From: Eledone cirrhosa
Lineage: Eukaryota
Reading direction: 5' to 3'
DNA: 64,000 nucleotides
Assembly: GCA_964016885.1 (NCBI GenBank)
Contig: OZ024740.1
Span: 274,722,001 to 274,786,000 of the forward strand
The position numbers and the translations under genes are program-made. Shown in pieces: positions 1 to 12,939 of the stretch. Each line of letters opens with the position of its first letter. Within the stretch, counting starts at the first letter, position 1. The notes beneath the pieces were generated by a model. It made no database searches. It was given only the letters and a program-made list of their open reading frames with translations, and had not been told where the DNA came from.

Positions 1-412
1 TAACCCTTTAGTATTTGCAGGTGGATTGGCAGTATCGGTAGAGGGTCGGACGCCATGCCTTGACGCATTGAGTTACGACCCTTGCTATTCTGACTTCAAA
101 TCCCGCCGAGGTTAACTTTACCTTTCATCCTTACGAGGTCGATAACATAAAGTACCAGTAATGCACTGGTTAATTGCTGGCCTTGTGCCAAAAGTAGAAA
201 CAATTATTCTATATATATACTATTTTATTTTCTTAGAAAAGGCTTTACCTCACATAATTATCTCACATAATATCGAACCTATGAGATTTTGATTTTATTT
301 ATTTTAAGAACAATAGCTTAACATCGGTATGAGTGGCCGGTTACAACCGTTTTGGGAAGAAAGAGGTGAGACAATTATGGCCGGATATGGCCAGTTTAAA
401 TGTTAAAGGGCT
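1..412. mobile_element. piggyBac-like MITE interrupted by a SINE
   Basis: Ends TAACCCTTTAGTATTT...AAATGTTAAAGGGCTA. Body matches uninterrupted copies at 10742-10896 and 48960-49179. SINE occupies about 19-207. Confidence 0.7.
19..207 (+). mobile_element. tRNA-derived SINE (dominant family, short form)
   Basis: A-box-like TGGCAGTATCGG, B-box-like TTCAAATCC, core CCTTTCATCCTTACGAGGTCGATAA..AAGTACCAGT, 3' end GGCCTTGTGCCAAAAGTAGAAAC plus (ATT)n. Confidence 0.9.
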
Positions 413-708
413 ATTAATCTTATAGTTTTTGAAATACCAGTGTAATACCAGCAACAATTATAAAATATATGAAAAAAGAAATCACCTTTAAAACAAAGCA
501 AGAAAGACTGAAAAGTACGAAAAGGAACTAACGAGAAAACGAAGGAAAAACAATGGACAAAAAGGGAATGAACGAACTGTATAAAAGAGCAGAGAGAAAG
601 AGGGGGAGAGAGAATGTGGGGATGAAGAAAGTAAATAAGTGGGGGAGAGAGATAAAGAAAAGAAAGTGGGATAACAGAATGAGGAAAGAAAATATCGATA
701 AAAAAGAT

Positions 709-733
709 ACATATATATGTATGAATATATATA

Positions 734-767
<34 letters not shown>

Positions 768-789
768 CGTGTGTGTGTGTATATATATG

Positions 790-822
<33 letters not shown>

Positions 823-950
823 ATGTATATGTGTGTGTATGGGTGTGCGTGTGTATATGTGTGCGTGTATGTGTGTGGCTATGTGTGTGTGTGACTGTGT
901 GTGTGTATGTGCATGTATGTGTTTGGTTGTGTGTTTGTATGTGTGTGTGC
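709..950. repeat. (TA)n/(TG)n compound microsatellite
   Basis: Directly visible dinucleotide runs. Source of spurious YI/CV ORFs. Confidence 0.95.
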
Positions 951-1299
951 TGATTTTTCGGTTGCTTTAAGCTCACGCTCTTTCTACTAAAATAGTTCCA
1001 GCCTTCAGGATAAGCACGTTTCAACATCAGATGAACTCCTGACATAGTTTTCTACAACTTACTGTATTTATTGAACATCAACTATATAAATAACACAAAT
1101 AATAAATAAAATCATTAACGAAAAATTAAAATAATATAAAAAATCTTGTAGTTTACTTATTTATTTTCGGCAATGACGTTGGTTGTGAGATTGATGGTGA
1201 TGGCGTACTAGTAGCATTGCTATTGTTTAGACACATTCAGTCATTAATGACAATCCATCCACGACCATCACATTTTATTGTTATTATTTTTACAGAAGA

Positions 1300-1508
1300 G
1301 CAGTATCGGTAGAGGGTCGGGCGCCATGCTTTGCAGCATAGAGTTACTGTCCTTTATGATCTGAGTTCAAATCCTGCCGAGGTTAACTTTGCCTTTCATC
1401 CTTACGGGGTCGATAAAATAAAGTACCAGTCACGCACTGGGGTCAATTTAATCGACTTTCCCCTCCCCCAAAATTTCTGGCCTTGTGGCTATATAAGAAA
1501 CTATTATT
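1300..1508 (+). mobile_element. SINE, long form
   Basis: Same family, with an extra internal segment GGGGTC(G/A)ATTTAATCGACTTTCCCCTCCCC. Confidence 0.9.
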
Positions 1509-1591
1509 TTTACAGAAGTACGTCTAGGACGAGATAAACCATATTTATTTTGATCCCCAAGACGGAAAATTTTGATGCTATTTTTTTTTTT

Positions 1592-2005
1592 TATGGGTGG
1601 TTGGGCCTGAAAAATTAATTGGCTGACTATGAAGTAGTGATGCTAGGGCTGTGAAATCTTGCATGCAATAATTTCAAACCTTATTAATGGTTTCTTATAT
1701 AGACACAAGGCCACCAATTTTATGGGAGGGGAATGTCGATTAAATCGACCCCAGTGAGTGACCGGTACTTTATTTTATCGACCCCGTAAGGATGAAAGGC
1801 AATGTTACCCTCGAAGGGATTTGAACTCAGATCATAAAGAGCCGTAACTCTATGCTGCAAAGGATGGCGTCCGACCCTCTACCGATACTGCCAATCCACC
1901 TTCCTTATAATTTCAAGCCTTCTTATTAATAAATGCATTGTTTCTTTCCAGGGACTATGTTGAGTATCTTGATTAACGTATGAACAATTTAGCCGACCCC
2001 TCGTA
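1592..2005. mobile_element. mariner-like MITE with nested SINE (about 1683-1905, minus strand)
   Basis: Right end GCCGACCCCTCGTA and body match copies at 11338, 36318 and 46812. SINE flanked by duplication ATAATTTCAA(A/G)CCTT at 1667-1681 and 1907-1921. Confidence 0.65.
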
Positions 2006-2354
2006 CGTATGTGCTCCCATATCAGTTCATCGAGGTGATGTTGTTGGCAATGTTGTTAATTATGATGGCGACATTGGTGATTTGTATGATGGTGGTAATC
2101 GTTGTCGTGGTGACAGTGACTATAAAAGTGGTGGTAGTGGTGGTGGTTAGATTAGTGTACTGACTGCGATTATAATAATGCTGTTCTTGGTAGTAAGTAT
2201 ACATGTAATATGTATTACTGTCAGGCATTTGTGAAAGAAGCAACAATACTTCACCTCCATTGAAGATAAATTATAATTTGATTTGTTAGTTTTCTGAGAC
2301 AAGGTACAGTATATAAAACTATTTATGTAAGCTGCATGTAAACCCAGAATCATG

Positions 2355-2356
<2 letters not shown>

Positions 2357-2424
<68 letters not shown>

Positions 2425-2519
2425 TCACACACACACACACACACACACTCACTCACTCACACACACACACACACACACACTCACTCACTCACTCACACAC
2501 ACACACACACACACACTCA

Positions 2520-2596
<77 letters not shown>
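2357..2596. repeat. (CA)n/(CACT)n then (TA)n microsatellite
   Basis: Direct. Confidence 0.95.
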
Positions 2597-2945
2597 TGGT
2601 AGTAGACGGAATAGAAAATGCTGACAAATTGTTCACAGTGAAAAATAGTTTAATTAGAAATAAATGAGAATTAGTAATTGTATTGGTTAGTAATTAGTTT
2701 TGGTTTTAAGTTTTACCGGTTGCGCATTTCTAAATGCTTTTCAAAAATAATTTTGAGATAGAGCGTCCGTGATGTTTGCTCTATCTCAAAATTATTTTTG
2801 AAAAGCATTTAGAAATGCGCAACCGGTAAAACTTAAAACCAAAACTAATTACTAACCAATACAATTACTAATTCTCATTTATTCCTAATTAAACTATTTT
2901 TCACTGTGAACAATTTGTCAGCATTTTCTATTCCGTTTACCAATA
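2597..2945. mobile_element. Fold-back (palindromic) element, PLE terminal-repeat-like, with degenerate hammerhead
   Basis: About 165-bp near-perfect inverted arms around a 13-nt loop (GTCCGTGATGTTT). Contains TTGAAAA-GCATTT ag AAATGC-GCAA-CCGG-TA. Next to (TA)n. Confidence 0.75.
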
Positions 2946-2981
2946 TATAATAACTTGCGTGTTACACCTCTATTCTTTTAA

Positions 2982-3052
<71 letters not shown>

Positions 3053-3056
<4 letters not shown>

Positions 3057-3470
3057 AGGTCACTCTCGAGTGCTACTGGTAACATGTAACCCAGTACAAC
3101 CTGTCTCATGGTCAGGTCGTCGGTGACTAAACCAGCAAACCCACCAAACTGCTTGGTGAAGTAGGTGATATTTGGACACCCTGTAGGATGAAATACGAGA
3201 CCCGGCAAAAGGCGGAGGAACTCAATAGAGTCAATGGCCATCCAAATAGTACTTTTTTTTTTACCTGGGTGTGAGAGGCCCCCAGTTGTTGTCACAATAC
3301 CTTTCTAAGAGGGAAAATTTGAAAAGAAAAAAACCTGCGGCTTCGGAAGCACCCGATGATGTTGATCTTTCTCCTTTTTGATGTTTTCGATGGTCAGAGA
3401 GTGTGACTGGTCGAGTGCAAGGTCTTTCCCCACTTAAAAATTCTTCAAAGCACAGGCAATGCTTGTTCAG
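3053..3470 (+). mobile_element. Non-autonomous element related to the 24691/57629 family
   Basis: 5' end TGTTAGGTCAC..GTGCTACTGGTAACATGTA.CCCAGTACAACCTGTCTCATGGTC shared with 57629. Follows (TA)n. Confidence 0.65.
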
Positions 3471-3472
3471 GA

Positions 3473-3977
3473 TTTGTTTCTACCTTTGGCACAAGGTCAG
3501 CAATTACCCAGTGTATTACTGGTACATCTTTTTATCGACCCCGTAAGGATGAAAGGCAAAGTTAACCTCAGCGCGATTTGAACTTTGAATAAATAATTGT
3601 TTCTACTTTAGGCACAAGGCCAGCAAATTACCCAGTGCATTACTGGTACTTTATTTTATCGACCCCGTAGGGATGAAAGGCAAAGTCAACCTCGGCGGGA
3701 TTTAAACTCAGACCGTAAAGGGACGTAACTATGCTGGAAAGCATGGCGTCCGACTCTCTACCGATACTGCCAATCCACCGTAAAATAATTGTTTCTACTT
3801 TAGGCACAAGGCCAGCAATTACCCAGTACATTACTGGTACTTTATTTTATCGACCCCGTAAGGATGAAAGGCAAAGTCAACCTCGGCGAGATTTGAACTC
3901 GGATCGTAAAGGAACGTAACTATGCTGGAAACATGGCGTCCGACCCTCTACCGATACTGCCAATTCAATGCCCTTAT
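3473..3977 (-). mobile_element. SINE cluster (one partial, two full copies)
   Basis: Reverse-complement family sequence. 17-bp duplication AACTTTGAATAAATAAT at 3581-3597 and 3978-3994 brackets the dimer. Confidence 0.9.
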
Positions 3978-4317
3978 AACTTTGAATAAATAATGAATGA
4001 ATATTACATAATTTATCTACTAAATTTCATGGCTCTTGATTAAATATATTTTATAGCTTATTTAAAGATTCATTTCTTTAAAATTGTAAAATGTCAACAC
4101 TTCCGGTTAGCGGCCTTTATATTATAACACTTATAATCGCATATATTTCCGTCGCTAATTTAATATCGTCTTTCTTTAAATGTATCATGGATTACGTTAT
4201 TGATTACATAAGACAGTGTAACACAGACTTCGTTCAATTTCTGTGTATATTGTCAATTACGATTTTATTTACATGCATATATACTTGTGTATAATATTAA
4301 TATACACACTACACATG

Positions 4318-4355
4318 CTAGCAGAAAACCACCCGAAGGGTGGTTTTTCTGCTAG
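4318..4355. other. Palindromic hairpin resembling a Helitron 3' terminus
   Basis: CTAGCAGAAAA-CCACCC gaa GGGTGG-TTTTTCTGCTAG|T: GC hairpin 8 nt before CTAG, followed by T. Confidence 0.45.
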
Positions 4356-4364
4356 TACATATAA

Positions 4365-4554
4365 TGGCGGTGGATTGGCATATCAGTAGAGGACGCCATC
4401 TTTTGCAGCATAGAGTTTCGGGCCTTTAAGATGTTAGTTCAAATCCCGCCGAGGTTAACTTTGCCTTTCATCCTTACGGGGTCGATAAAATAAAGTACCA
4501 GTAATGCACTGGGATAATTGCTGGCCTTGTGCCAAAAGTAGAAACAATTATTAC

Positions 4555-4615
<61 letters not shown>
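4365..4615 (+). mobile_element. SINE with adjacent (AAT)n tract
   Basis: Family consensus match. Confidence 0.9.
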
Positions 4616-4618
<3 letters not shown>

Positions 4619-4642
4619 TGTGGAGAGGAAGCACGCGAGTTA

Positions 4643-4718
<76 letters not shown>

Positions 4719-4910
4719 ACAGGAAGAAAAAGACGATTATTAGGAAGAAAAATATATTTTTTCCCCTTTTTGTTTCTTTCTCTCTTTTTTCTGGGTTAGA
4801 AAATGATTAAAACGAAAGATTTTACTTTGTGTGAAGTGTTAAGGTATTAGTTGATTTATTTATTAATTAACAATGGCATTTATTTATTTATTTATATATT
4901 TAATAATTGT

Positions 4911-4952
4911 CTATTACCGGTTTCAGCATTTTTATGCATTATCAAATGATAG
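4911..4952 (-). ncRNA. Minimal type I hammerhead motif (U3-A8 core) in PLE 3' terminal repeat
   Basis: Reverse complement: ctatcat TTGATAA t GCAT aaaa ATGC t GAAA CCGG TA atag. Stem I weak. Confidence 0.6.
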
Positions 4953-5387
4953 TGATATGTATTGGTGTAGAATGGTGGTGTTGGACATGTTAAAGAAATG
5001 GTGCAGAAAGAATAATGTTATTTACAAACAATGTTTATGAAGTGAAAAGAAAAAAGAAAAGAGAAAAAAAAGAAAAAAGGGACGTAATGTGGAGCATAAT
5101 AAGGCAATGGGAAAGAAAAATTAATATTATTTACAGGCATAGTTCTTGAAGATAAGCCGATCAAAATGTGTTAATATAGCAAGAGTGCTTAGTTGATCCA
5201 TGATGGAGGCAAATGGTGGACTGGGGTTTGATATGATTTCCCATTTTAGCGAGTTAATATGCAGGGGGAGGTAATTCATGCTGGATGATAGTTAATTTAT
5301 TTAAGAAAAAGGATTAGGTAGGGTGTAGGGAGGTGACTCTTTAGAGAGACATAGGTATTTGTAAATGTTTGATTGTTCCTTCCAGTT

Positions 5388-8300
5388 TTAGTTTAGTCCG
5401 AAGTTTAATGCATTAAGTAGAGGTTGGAATTTGTTAATGAAATACGTTTCCTTATTGGTACGATGGATGAAAGTAACGTTGTCTATGAATTTGTAAATGG
5501 GGAAAATTTTAAAGTTTGGATGTTGGTTGGGTGCACAATTGGCGATATGTTCACTAAATGCAATCTTTCTGTATTCCAGTATTTTGATTTGTGATTTATG
5601 GACGGTCATACGTTGTCGGAGGCTGTTTTTTGTCTGTCCTATGTAGTGCTCTTGATAACCTGAGCAGGTCAAAACATAGATTAGGTTTTCAGATGCACAT
5701 GTAAAGTTGTGTTTAACTGTCACATGTTGTCCTTATTTAAAATGGAATGTTGAACCTTCTATTAGATTTATACATATGCCACAGTTGGGCCCTCCGCATG
5801 TTGTTACTGTAGTGTTCATTGTGAGGGTTTGTTGGATTTGGGCTTGTGTGAGGATGTTTTTTATGGATTTAGGTTGTCTTTTGCTCTTTATGATGTTGTG
5901 TGTTTGGAGCATTTTGTTCATTCTTGGGTCTCTTTTTAGTAAAGGAATGTTCTGGAGGATGGTGTCGAATGCCTCATTGTTGAGGGGTTTGTGTGTGGCG
6001 ATGTATGGTAGAGTTTTCTGTTGCGGTTCATTCCTGGGTTTGGGGTGTCTGAGTTCCTGGATGTCGAGTTTTAGAGCACGTTGGAATCCATTGTTGATTA
6101 GGGGTGGTGGGTAGTTTCTGCTGATAAGTGTGTTTTTTTAATTCTTCTAGTCGTGTGTAGCATGTGTATTTATCTGAAACTATTGTGCAGATCCTTCTGG
6201 CTAGGTTATAAGGAATTGCGATTTTGGTATCTAGGGTGGCACGAGTTGAATGGAAGGTATTGTTTGGAGTCTGTGGGTTTGTAGTATATGTCTGTTTCTA
6301 TTTTGTTGTTTGTTTTCTTGATGAGGATGTCGTAGAAAGGGAGTTGTTCATGGCTGTAATCCATTGTGAATTGTAAGTTTGTGTTGAGTCCATTCAGAAG
6401 GGTTTTAAACTCAATCAGTCTATCTATACTTTCATGCCAGAGGATGAAGCAGTCGTACAGATATCTCTTCCAGTTCTTTTCTATGTGTTGGTAGAAGTGG
6501 TTGCCGTATTTGTCTAGAACTTTGCAGTAGAGAGTGGTTTCCAAATATCCCATGACAAGTTGGCGTATGAGAGGGCTACTTTTGTGCCCATGGCAGTCCC
6601 AGATTTCTGTTTGTAGTATTTGGCATTGAATTCGAAGAAATTGTTTTCCAAGATGAATTTGAGTCCCTCCAACACAAATTCTTTAGGGATGCGCTGTGGG
6701 AGTTCACTAGGGAAATGTTCAAGCCAGAATGGTATTGCCTAGGTTGTGTGGGATATTGGAGTATAAATTGATGACATCAAAGGTTACTAGTAGGGTATGT
6801 CCGTTATTGAGTGTTGTTGGGAGGTGGTTGAGCATCGTCTCTTATGAAGCTTTTTATGTGTTTTAGGAAAGGTTTAAGCAGAATATATAGGAAGTTGCTT
6901 AGGCAGTGGGTTTCACATGTGGTACCTGCTATTATGGGTCTTAATTTAAGGTCATCAGGAGGGTCTATATTGATGTAAATGTATGTGGCTTGCTTGCAGG
7001 CCCTACCTATTACTTCGCTTTTGTGTGTCTTTGGGATACCGTAGAAGAGGCTGGTTCTGCTTTTGAAATTGGTGATGTAGTTGTATTCTTTGTCTGTAAG
7101 GCCTTCTTTGTAAAGGGTTGTTAGGGATTTTAGGTCTCTCATTATTTTCTGTTGCGTGTAGTGTTGGGCCTTTTCATAATATGTTTGGTTTTCTAGAGTT
7201 GAGAGTACTAGAGTCGTGTAATAATCTGTCCCCATAAGGACTATTGCACTCCCTTTATCTGCCTCTTTGGTTGTTAGGGTTTTGTCGTTTTTTAGACTGT
7301 TAAGACCATTCCATTCTTTTTTGCTTAGGTTTGGTTTTTGTTTATGTCTGTGCAGGTGGTGTTATGGGTAATTAGTAATGTTCTTGTCTTTTGGTGGGGT
7401 GTAGTTGCTTCTATTTCTGGCTATTGAATCATCCTCATTGTATTTGTCGTATAGTTGCTCCCTGAGTCTTAGTTTTCTACATGATTCTGCAATATCTTCC
7501 TTCATTTCGGGGTTGGTGTAAATTTTAGACCTTTGGAGAGTATGTTGATTTGGTCTGTTGTTAATTCTTTAGAGGTTACATTAACAATTTTTATTACATT
7601 TTGTGTCTCCTGTGGGTTTTGTGTTATCTTGTTATCCTGTGTTTGTGTGCTGTGTCTAAAAAATGATTACGGAAGTCGTGGTGGCTGTTGAAGTTTGGAT
7701 GTCTCTTATGGTTGTATTGGCTCCTGCTGTTGTTGTTAGATGGTGTGTAGCTGTGGTGGTTGTTGAAGTTAGGTTGTATCGTATGGTTGTATTGAGCCTT
7801 GCTGATGTTGTTGTAGGGTGTGTAGATTTGATGGACGTGGTTATAGGGTGTGAAGTTGTGGTGGTTGTTGAAGTTGGGTTATATCGTATGGTTGTGCTGA
7901 GCACTGCTGTTGTTGTAGGGTGTGTAGACTTGGTGGTAGTTGTAGTAGGGTTGTCTTGTGTGGTTGTGAGGCCCCGTGTGACATGTGTGGTAGTTGTGTA
8001 TTTTGGGTTCTATGTTGGAAGTAATGATGGTTGTGAGTTTGTTGTGTGGGGATGTTAGGGGGGTTGTAAGTGTGAGGGATTCTATGGTTTCTCCTGGTGG
8101 GAGAGAAGTTGTAGTTTCTATCTTATAGCTGATGTTTCTTTATTAATATATTTGTTGCTTGGGAATCCGTGTGGTAGTTGTGTGGAGGATGTAGGAGGTA
8201 GGGGCGAGGTGATGCCTTCTTTTTTTGGTATGTGGGGAGGTATTGTATTTTTGTTGTTGTTGGTTGTTGTGTGGTGTTTTGGTGTTGATTGAGTTTTCTT

Positions 8301-8584
8301 GTTATGGTTTTAATGAAGGGGTTCTTGGATGTGTGTTCTTTTTGGAAAAGTGTTTCATAGTTAGAGAACCAGGTTTCGTTTACTTCCCAACGTTGAAGGG
8401 ATTTTAATTCTTCCTTATTACAGTCCTCTAACGATAATTTTGAAATATTTTCTAGGGTGATGTCTTTGGTTTTATTGATAATTGCTTGATTAATCTCATC
8501 GTCGATTGATTTGAACCTATCTTCATTTGCTTGGGCTCTCAATTTAAGGAGTTCAATTTCGGTTTTTATGTTATCAAGTGCCAT
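5388..8584 (-). pseudogene. PLE polyprotein (RT + GIY-YIG endonuclease), frameshifted
   Basis: FYGIPKTHK, LRPIIAG, GTAMGT, KRYLYDCF (degenerate YLDD), TDIYYKPTDSKQYLPFNSCHP, linker CGGPNCGIC, NLIYVLTCSGYQEHYIGQT..LRQRMTVH, ETYFINKFQPLLN. Confidence 0.92.
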
Positions 8585-8853
8585 TCTTTCCCTGGGGCGT
8601 CTTTGGGATGGATTTAATTTGTAGTTTTCGGGAGATGATTAATGGAGATGAGTTAATATATTAACACATTTTGATCTGCTTATCTTCAAAAACTATGCCT
8701 GTAAATAACATTATTTTTCCTTTCACATTTACTTATTATTTGTTTTCTTTTCTTTTTTTCTTTTCATTTCATAAACCTTGTTTGTAAATAACATTATTCT
8801 TTCTGCACCATTTCTTTAACATGTCCAACACGACCATTCTACACCAATACATA

Positions 8854-8895
8854 TTATCATTTGATAATGCATAAAAATGCTGAAACCGGTAATAG
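8854..8895 (+). ncRNA. Hammerhead motif copy in the inverted terminal repeat
   Basis: TTGATAATGCATAAAAATGCTGAAACCGGTAATAG. Confidence 0.55.
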
Positions 8896-9087
8896 ACAAT
8901 TATTAAATATATAAATAAATAAATAAATGGCATTGTTAATTAATAAATAAATCAACTAATACCTTAACACTTCACACAAAGTAAAATCTTTCGTTTTAAT
9001 CCTTTTCTAACCCAGAAAAAAGAGAGAAATAAATAAAAAGGGAAAAAAATATATTTTTCTTCCTAATAATCGTCTTTTTCTTTCTGT

Positions 9088-9149
<62 letters not shown>

Positions 9150-9650
9150 GTATATAGAAAATCACTGTAGCAAAAACCACCACGTTCTAAGTTTGAATCC
9201 CGCCAAAGTCAACTTTGCCTTTCATCCTTTCGTGATCGATAAAATAAAGTACTAATAACATACTGATTTCGGTTTAATCGATTCCCCTTTCCCTTCCTTA
9301 AAATTTCTGGCCTTGTACCAAAGAGTAGAAAAAATTATTATTTTTGTTATTGTTGTTTGTAGACATTAACCGACATATATTAAAGCTCTACATAATATAT
9401 TTCAATTGTTGGAGGCTCCACCCCATTACCTAACATAATAAAAAGGTTTGGCTTAAGTCGTTTGTATTTGCTCTAAATGTTTGGCAAATAGCCCTTTGTA
9501 TTGTGATTCGTGGTTCAAATAGAAAAACTTGCAACAAGAGTAATAACAGTCAAATTAATGACGTAAGTAAACCCGCCTCCAATGTATTTTGCAAAAAATA
9601 GAGTTGGCCTCCATACGCCTTCGACTGAAGAGTTCGAGGAAGCCGTAGTG

Positions 9651-9839
9651 CAGGCATGTTAAACTGAGGGTTCCCGGAGGGCCACATAGGTCACATATGT
9701 ATTGTCTGATGGCCATACACAACTAATTGCGCACATTACAACTAATTTTTTAAATTTTATATTACGAAGATAAAACTTGATAAAACCTTTGTGCAAGCCG
9801 TAGGCGTGCTTGTAAAGTGTCACATGTTTGACATGCCTG
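9651..9839. mobile_element. hAT-type MITE
   Basis: TIRs CAGGCATGTTAAAC / GTTTGACATGCCTG. Degenerate 8-bp TSD CCGTAGTG/TCCTAGTG. Confidence 0.7.
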
Positions 9840-10050
9840 TCCTAGTGGATATGTACTCTAGCGTAATGTGTACTTCAACGACCGGGGTTTAGCATATGAA
9901 AGTTTGTGTCTGGTATTTAAGACTCAGAATCAAAGGAGAAAGTACATACTCCACAAGCCTGCACAAAGACTAGGGATCCATAATACATGGGTCTCTGTAA
10001 TATGCGAATCGCAACCAGAATTATTATTAGATTATTAGCGCGAGAGTTTA

Positions 10051-10242
10051 AGGGCGGTGGATTGGCAGTATCGGTAGAGAGTCGGACGCCATGCTTTCCA
10101 GCATAGTTACGTCCCTTTACGATCTGAGTTCAAATCCCGCCGAGGTTAACTTTGCCTTTCATCCTTACGGGGTCGATAAAATAAAGTACCAGTAATGCAC
10201 TGGGTAATTGCTGGCCTTGTGCCTAAAGTAGAAACAATTATT
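10051..10242 (+). mobile_element. SINE, near-consensus copy
   Basis: Full A/B boxes, core and tail. Flanked by ATTATTAGCGC duplication. Confidence 0.92.
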
Positions 10243-10741
10243 AGCGCAAATGTTGATTCTCCATTTTACGTCACATTTAAGAAACAGTACGAAATCAGTA
10301 AAAAACAAGACATATAACAGTAACAGTTCAACAAGAGAAGCTCCCTTATAGTTAATAAAGGAGCTGTTCATACATTTTATTATGTCTAGCACTTGGGGTA
10401 TAGAGAGTAGCTTGTGGTGTTAAAGCGAGTGAGAGTTTAAATAAACAAGAATATATATGAAAAATAATATTACACGAAACAACGGCAGCGAATTCGAAGA
10501 GTCGTTAGAAGGTCAGTTGCAGTGCTTTGTGTTATTCGTTCCGGCTCTCTGCGTTCAAATCCCACCGAGGTCGACTTTACCTTTCATCCATTCGATGTCG
10601 ATGAAAAAGTACCAGTCAAGTACTAGAGTCGATTCTTCTTCCATAACTCTTTCTCACTTCCTCTCTGTAACTTTCTAATTTTCGCTGGAAAATAATCTGC
10701 TATACTCAAACCTAGAGAAGGGTGGTATTCACCAGGCTTAA

Positions 10742-10896
10742 CCCTTTAGCATTTGCATTACTCTATATTTACTATTGTATTTTCACGGTAAAGGCTTTAT
10801 CTTATGCAATTATCTCACATAATATCGAATCTATGAGATTTTGATAGTATTTATTTTAAAAACAATAACTTCACACTAGTTTGAAATGCTAAAGGG
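10742..10896. mobile_element. piggyBac-like MITE
   Basis: TTAA|CCCTTTAGCATTT...AAATGCTAAAGGG|TTAA. Confidence 0.85.
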
Positions 10897-11337
10897 TTAA
10901 AACGCCCAAGAAACGCCGTATGTCACAACATTGACCCTATGACTCTATCAAGAGTTACGGGATCATATCGTGCCACGCTATTACACGATGCAAAACAGAG
11001 AAAACATATTATTATACAAAATAAAATATATAAAAGTTGCGCAAAAATAGGTATTTATGTTGCAGTAAACTAACTACTAAAGAACATTGTAAGTAGACTA
11101 TGCCATTAATTATGGAATAATTAATCATCTTCGATAAGTTGAATTTTTTTTTAAATTGCCTTAATGTTTTTTCAAATTGAAATTGTTATAATTTTACATT
11201 AAAAACCATTCGATATTCACAATTTTTCCATAGTTAAAACTATTCTGATAGAAATAATATTTTTATAAAGTTATTTTCTGAAAATTTATTTCGATAAGAA
11301 ATCGTGTTCGATAAATAAAAAAAAATCGTTTGATAAA

Positions 11338-11567
11338 TATAAGGTTTAGCTGAAAAAGTTCACAGGCTGAAAAGTTCATAGGCTGACCAAGATACTCTCA
11401 TGGAATGACCAAATAAGGTTTTTTTTTTTTTTTTTTTTTAACATAGTCCCTGGAAAGAAACAATGTAGTTATTAATAAGAAGAGTTGAAATTAATGCATG
11501 CATGATGTCACTGCTCTAGCATCAATCCTTTATAGTCAGCCTTTGAACGTTTCAGCTCAACCTTGTA
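11338..11567. mobile_element. mariner-like MITE
   Basis: Imperfect TIRs (AAGGTTTAGCTGAAAAAGTTCA / TGAACGTTTCAGCTCAACCTTGTA). Homologous to 36318 and 46812. Confidence 0.65.
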
Positions 11568-11957
11568 AGTCTTACCACATTTCTAGTTATCTTTACCAGT
11601 ATTGCTTGCAGTAAATATGTTAACATTAACCTATTATGTTTTATGCAGATGACGTCTCAGACATATTTAATTTTACACAAAATATTTTACTTTCACTTTC
11701 GTGATGTCAGTAATGTGCCTAAGAAAAAGGTATAATGAACATCACAATACATCATAAAGCACGATATCTTCTTTTTCCTGCTCCCTGCCCTTCTTCTCAT
11801 TATAGGCATTAAATTTATGGCTATGTGCCCAGTAGAAAGAAAACAACTTCAAAAATCATTTATTTGCCTTTTACTAAAATCCGTTGGCAGAAAAGAAATT
11901 GGTGAAAGACAAAGCAAATTAATAAGATGAACAGTAAGAGTGAAAGAGAAAGCACGG

Positions 11958-11994
<37 letters not shown>

Positions 11995-12220
11995 CAGATA
12001 GACAGAGAGAGCTAGAGAGGAGGGGAGAGAAAATGAGTGAGAGCAAGAACGAGAGGAGGGAGAAGCGAGAGAGATAGACAGAGAGATAAAAAAAATACCA
12101 CTAATAATGACAGGTGATGATGTTTTGACAGTAACATGCTACAGTTCCTTGCAGACACATTTTCAATATACTGGAAGGATAGAACATTCTCTCTTCATTC
12201 TCTACAAAACAAATTTACTT

Positions 12221-12436
<216 letters not shown>

Positions 12437-12682
12437 GTATTGGCACCCGGCTTTTCCCGGGGGCTGCTTTTTTTTTAAATTTAAATCAGTAATACCAAGT
12501 TTTCATGTACTTCATTTCATGCACAGCGATTAACAGACATGCATTTAGTTTCAGTGACTTAGTTTCAGTGATTATAGACAGGTACAAACACACACACACA
12601 CACAATATATATATATATAGGAAAATTGTTAGGACACCAACTGCTGAGCTTTGGCTGTTTCGACAGCTGGATCCGAACTCAC

Positions 12683-12745
<63 letters not shown>

Positions 12746-12905
12746 GTATATATATATATATATATGATTTTATCATTTATTTCGTTTGACCTGTTAAGCT
12801 TGACTTGTTTTTTGGCTGAGGTGGTTAATGCCTTCTTGACCACTTTTTCAGTTTTGTATGGCGTTTTAACATATATGTTTAGGTTTTTTAGAAGTTAGCA
12901 TGTCT

Positions 12906-12939
<34 letters not shown>

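Larger units (their letters stand above)
4713..9093 (-). mobile_element. Penelope-like retroelement (Neptune-type), decayed, with inverted pseudo-LTRs
   Basis: About 440-465-bp inverted repeats (4713-5177 and 8656-9093), (TA)n on both sides, fragmented RT + GIY-YIG ORF between them. Confidence 0.92.

Noticed and set aside
1000-1045. Hammerhead-like CTGATGT-T-GAAACG on minus strand
   Set aside because: No stem II and incomplete core.
10051-10145. tRNA gene
   Set aside because: Only A/B boxes of a SINE head. No cloverleaf, and always followed by SINE core and tail.
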